Part shown: one piece after another, positions 60,349-64,000 of the stretch | How positions within the stretch are numbered: position 1 is the stretch's first letter | Layout of the letters: every line of letters starts with the position of its first letter | Assembly (NCBI GenBank): GCA_963827275.1 | Contig: CAWHAA010000006.1 | Coordinates: 160,001-224,000 of the forward strand | Direction: 5' to 3' | Length of the DNA stretch: 64,000 nt | Source: an uncultured Spirochaetota bacterium | GTDB taxonomy: Bacteria; Spirochaetota; UBA4802; UBA5550 | Program-made: the position numbers and the translations under genes | Notes under the pieces: generated by a model | What the model saw: only the letters and a program-made list of their open reading frames with translations | Databases searched by the model: none | Told to the model about the DNA's origin: nothing

Positions 60349-61251
60349 TTATGGCTCTATCGCTTCGGGCGGCAGGTAAAGCCTGCGGCAGTTTACGCAG
60401 AGCCGGTTCGTGACCCTGTTCGCGGAAAATTCCCGGCGGAGATTTTTCATCGGCTCGCCGGTCCAGATATCCGAAAGCGATGAATCCTTCATGCTGCCCA
60501 GGATATATTTTTTATCATAGTCAAAGCAGCAGGGAACGACGTCCCCGTCCCAGGTAACGGTCATACGCTCAAACGGGAAGGTGCACCGGACGGCCGAACG
60601 GTCGAGGGGCTCCCGGGCGCGGCCATCCGCAAGCGCGTTCACGTCAGGGGCGCTCCCGTCCCATGTGGTAAAACTCTTCGGCAGGAAGAGGTCTATGCCC
60701 GGCAGGGATTCCCAGCGCTCTCTCGTCAGTTTTATGCTCAGCCTGTTCTGCCCGAAGTCTATCATCGACAGGATTACGGTGATTCTGCTGCCGGATTCGG
60801 TTTTCATGCGCAGAAAATCGATGAGGCGCTTGCGGGATGTTTCATACGCGTCCTCCATTCCGCGGATTTGCCGGAATGATTCGTCATCATGGCCGTCAAG
60901 GGAAATATACAGAATGTGCGGGCTGGACGCGATCAGCCTTTCGATGACCGGGCCGGTGAGCATGAACGGGTTAATCGACAGGCCGGTGCGGATGTTTTTG
61001 CCTGCCGCGTATTCGATGAAGCTGTCGAAGCCAGGGTGGAGGAGGCTCTCGCCGAAATGGTGGAGCCAGAGCACATTGCTGCTGCCGTATCCTGGATTTG
61101 CGGCCGCAAGCTCATCTATGGCCGAGCGGTACAGGCCAAATTCCATGTATCCGCGGGGGCGTGTCATGTTGCGCGTCCGCGGGCACATGACACAGCTCAT
61201 GACGCAATGATTGGTGAGCTCTATATTGAATAGGGAAAATGGCCGTTCCAT
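60349..61251 (-). CDS. radical SAM protein with a SPASM/Twitch domain
   Basis: IELTNHCVMSCVMCP, FGESLLH, CTFPF..DGDVVPCC..CVNC. Confidence 0.9.
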   Translation of the reverse strand: MERPFSLFNIELTNHCVMSCVMCPRTRNMTRPRGYMEFGLYRSAIDELAAANPGYGSSNVLWLHHFGESLLHPGFDSFIEYAAGKNIRTGLSINPFMLTGPVIERLIASSPHILYISLDGHDDESFRQIRGMEDAYETSRKRLIDFLRMKTESGSRITVILSMIDFGQNRLSIKLTRERWESLPGIDLFLPKSFTTWDGSAPDVNALADGRAREPLDRSAVRCTFPFERMTVTWDGDVVPCCFDYDKKYILGSMKDSSLSDIWTGEPMKNLRREFSANRVTNRLCVNCRRLYLPPEAIEP

Positions 61252-61417
61252 GGAGACATCCTCGGACCGGCACAAGCTTGAAATCAAGATATTTTAGGGA
61301 CGGGCAATAAAAATATCAGTGTTGAACATAAAATAATTGCATAAATTGAGATGTGCGGAATTCTAGTATATACATGGCATTCGACTGATTTCACATTCAG
61401 AATAATTTCGATCAAAT

Positions 61418-63070
61418 ATGAACACAGCCCTAATCTCAACCATCATAGGCGGCGTCGGACTTTTCATTCTCGGCATGATTCTCATGACAGAGGGGCTCAA
61501 GTCCCTCGCCGGCGACACGCTGCGCGGTCTCCTCAGCCGTTTTACCGGCGGCACCATGTCGGCCATCCTTTCCGGCGCCGGCATCACCGCAATGGTACAG
61601 TCGTCCCACGCGACGATCATCACGACCATAGGCTTCGTCAGCGCGGGTCTCATAACCTTTCAGCAATCGCTCGGCATAATACTCGGCGCCCATCTGGGGA
61701 CGACCAGCACCGGGTGGCTTGTATCTCTCCTCGGGATGAAGCTGAAAATCGGCGCTGTGGCATTGCCCCTTGCGGGCCTCGGCGCGTTTCTGCGCCTTCT
61801 CGGCAAGGAGCGTGTGGCGAGTGCCGGCCTTGTCCTGGCGGGGTTCGGCCTTATTTTTTTCGGCATTGACGTGCTGCAGGTGGGCATGAAAGACCTGTCT
61901 TCCTACATAGACCTGTCCGATTTTGCAGGGATTGGCATCGTCAACAGGTTCATCCTCGTGGGAGTGGGCATTCTCATGACCGTGATCATGCAGGCATCGA
62001 GCGCCGCGGTTGCAGTTACCATGACGGCACTGAACACCGGCACCGTCGATCTGGCCCAGGCGTCAGCGCTTGTCATCGGGCAGAATATCGGCACCACGCT
62101 CACCGCCGGCATCGCCGCAATGGGCGCCACATCGTCAGCACGGAGGACCGCGGCTGCCCACATCATGTTCAATGTCATCACCGGGATCGTCGCGTTCTTG
62201 ATACTGCCCTACTTTATTTACCTGGTGGGTCTTATTGCGCACACCTTCGGCGTCGCCGACAACACGATCACGCTCGCCCTTTTTCACAGCTCGTTCAATA
62301 TTCTCGGTATAATCATAATACTGCCCTTCTTGAAGTTCTTTTCCGGGTTTTTGATGCGGATCATCCCGGAACGCGGACCGTATCTCACGAGGCACCTGGA
62401 CGTATCGCTCATCAATATACCTTCCGTTGCGATCGAGACGGTCAGACGCACCATCATCGATATAACAAAGGCGTCGATTGACATCGTGAGGGAGATGATC
62501 ACTTCAGGCACGGTCTCGGCATCAATGAAGGCGCGTCTCGATGCCGCGGGCCACGCGCTGAACGAGACCCGGCGGTTCCTCGGGAAGATACGCACGCTGA
62601 AAGGCTCTTCCCCGCATTTCGGCTCCCGGTTTATCTCGATCATGCATGCCGTCGATCATGTCGACCAGCTTATCATCGCCTGTTGGGAATTCCGAAAGCT
62701 GAACACCATGCGCAACGATACACGCCTCAATAATCTCGCACAGACGCTCGCGGAAAATGTCGGACCGGTCCTGGTGCGTCTCGAAGGCCTGAAAAAGATG
62801 GAGTCCCTTCAGGCGATGGAGAGCACGGCGCTGTACATGAAAGAGCTTCGTGAAAAGCAGCGCGAAGACATACTTGAGCGGACATCCCTGGGAGCCCTTG
62901 ACGCGGACACTGCCATGCGGCAGATAGAAGCCATCCGCTGGCTCGACAGGGTGACCTACCGTATCTTCCGGGCCTTTTATTACCTCGGGTATCATTCTGA
63001 AAACAATGACGATAACGGTCCGGAAAAAAAGGACCATGAACCTGTTGCGGAAGGGATGGTCGAACCGTGA
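61418..63070 (+). CDS. Na/Pi cotransporter family protein
   Basis: VQSS and QASS repeats, GQNIGTT, PhoU-like helical C-terminus. Confidence 0.92.
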   Translation: MNTALISTIIGGVGLFILGMILMTEGLKSLAGDTLRGLLSRFTGGTMSAILSGAGITAMVQSSHATIITTIGFVSAGLITFQQSLGIILGAHLGTTSTGWLVSLLGMKLKIGAVALPLAGLGAFLRLLGKERVASAGLVLAGFGLIFFGIDVLQVGMKDLSSYIDLSDFAGIGIVNRFILVGVGILMTVIMQASSAAVAVTMTALNTGTVDLAQASALVIGQNIGTTLTAGIAAMGATSSARRTAAAHIMFNVITGIVAFLILPYFIYLVGLIAHTFGVADNTITLALFHSSFNILGIIIILPFLKFFSGFLMRIIPERGPYLTRHLDVSLINIPSVAIETVRRTIIDITKASIDIVREMITSGTVSASMKARLDAAGHALNETRRFLGKIRTLKGSSPHFGSRFISIMHAVDHVDQLIIACWEFRKLNTMRNDTRLNNLAQTLAENVGPVLVRLEGLKKMESLQAMESTALYMKELREKQREDILERTSLGALDADTAMRQIEAIRWLDRVTYRIFRAFYYLGYHSENNDDNGPEKKDHEPVAEGMVEP

Positions 63071-63150
63071 CCGCCGTCTCTGATATATGCTGACCACGAC
63101 ATTTACCCGCTGACGGGCCTTAGTTGCACATTGAACGAACGGAGATGAAC

Positions 63151-63990
63151 ATGAACCAGGACCAGGTAAAAGAGCTCCTGCTGAAGCTCGATTCTGACGC
63201 AGGGGACTTCTCGCTTATTTTTTCAGGTAAAACGAGCACCAGGGTGGACGGCCTCTATTACCCTGACCGAAGGGAGATCATCATACATAACAGGAACTTC
63301 AGCGATGATAACCAGCTTGTTTATACCGCACTGCATGAATTTGCGCACCATCTGCACCATACCAGGTCGAGCGTACCCGTTTCAAGCCGCGCGCATACAA
63401 TAGCCTTCTGGGACATTTTCCACAAGCTCCTGTTCCTCGCAGAGGAAAAGGGGATATACAATAATATTTTCAAGAAGGAAACGCGTTTTATAGATCTTAC
63501 TGAAAAAATTAAAAAAAATTATCTCGCGGCCAACGGCCAGCTCATGAAGGAACTGGGCGCACTCCTTGAACAGGCTGCCGCGCTCTGCGCCGAGTTGAAC
63601 GTGAGCTTCGACGACTACGTTGACCGCGAGCTGCTCCTGCACCGGGGCACGGCGAAAATGCTCGTAAAGATCAGAGCTATGGACATCAATCCCGCGATAG
63701 GATATGACAACATGAAGACTGTCGCGGGCATACGGGACGATACTGCCCGCGCCGGCGCCGAGGAGGCATTTGCGGAGGGAAAGACCCCGGACATGGTGCG
63801 GGCCGAGTTCGCCACGCGCGCAAAGAGCGGGGACTCTCTGGCGGTCCTGTTCGAGGAGCGGGACAAGATTGAGCGGTCAATAGACACCCTTACCAGGAAA
63901 CTCGCCAGGATCGAGCGCAGGATAAACGACCTCAAGTATGAAGAGCATCCGGGCAGAAAGAGCCGGGCCGGGACGCCGGACCCGGCCTAA
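63151..63990 (+). CDS. hypothetical HEXXH metalloprotein with a C-terminal coiled coil
   Basis: GLYY...EIIIH..NF, ALHEFAHH, RAH...FW; GGAG RBS. Confidence 0.7.
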   Translation: MNQDQVKELLLKLDSDAGDFSLIFSGKTSTRVDGLYYPDRREIIIHNRNFSDDNQLVYTALHEFAHHLHHTRSSVPVSSRAHTIAFWDIFHKLLFLAEEKGIYNNIFKKETRFIDLTEKIKKNYLAANGQLMKELGALLEQAAALCAELNVSFDDYVDRELLLHRGTAKMLVKIRAMDINPAIGYDNMKTVAGIRDDTARAGAEEAFAEGKTPDMVRAEFATRAKSGDSLAVLFEERDKIERSIDTLTRKLARIERRINDLKYEEHPGRKSRAGTPDPA

Positions 63991-64000
63991 CGGTACCGCT

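Noticed and set aside
60349..61251. Radical SAM/SPASM enzyme as a RiPP maturase
   Set aside because: No adjacent precursor peptide, RRE domain or transporter

Overview
This is a gene-dense, moderately GC-rich bacterial window. It is probably from an uncultured Spirochaetota lineage related to Leptospira, inferred from an OmpL47-type surface protein, a cyclase-FecR pair and a 7TM sensor. Core genes recognised are argS, cinA, aroQ, glmS, hisI, hisG, dinB, asnS and purB. The main accessory feature is a lipid/polyketide-like biosynthetic locus of about 18 kb (26848-44780). It contains FabF, two ACPs, an atypical acyltransferase, a DarB/StlD-like KAS-III with an altered catalytic triad, two enoyl-CoA hydratases, a thioesterase, a 3-hydroxyacyl dehydrogenase, a BtrH-like protein, an O-methyltransferase and three cobalamin-dependent radical SAM enzymes. 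No FabG, FabZ or DarA gene is visible in the window. Other notable items are an adenylate cyclase with an N-terminal pseudo-phosphatase-like domain, an active/inactive Deg protease pair, and an archaeal-type asparagine synthetase in tandem with asnS. Two DNA-repair promoters share a motif, and there is a candidate sRNA and an unlisted 58-aa ORF. Three genes (glmS, one hydratase, one ACP) have single-base frameshifts in homopolymer runs, most simply assembly errors. No rRNA, tRNA, CRISPR array or mobile element was seen. All family assignments are by-eye motif recognition, not database searches.
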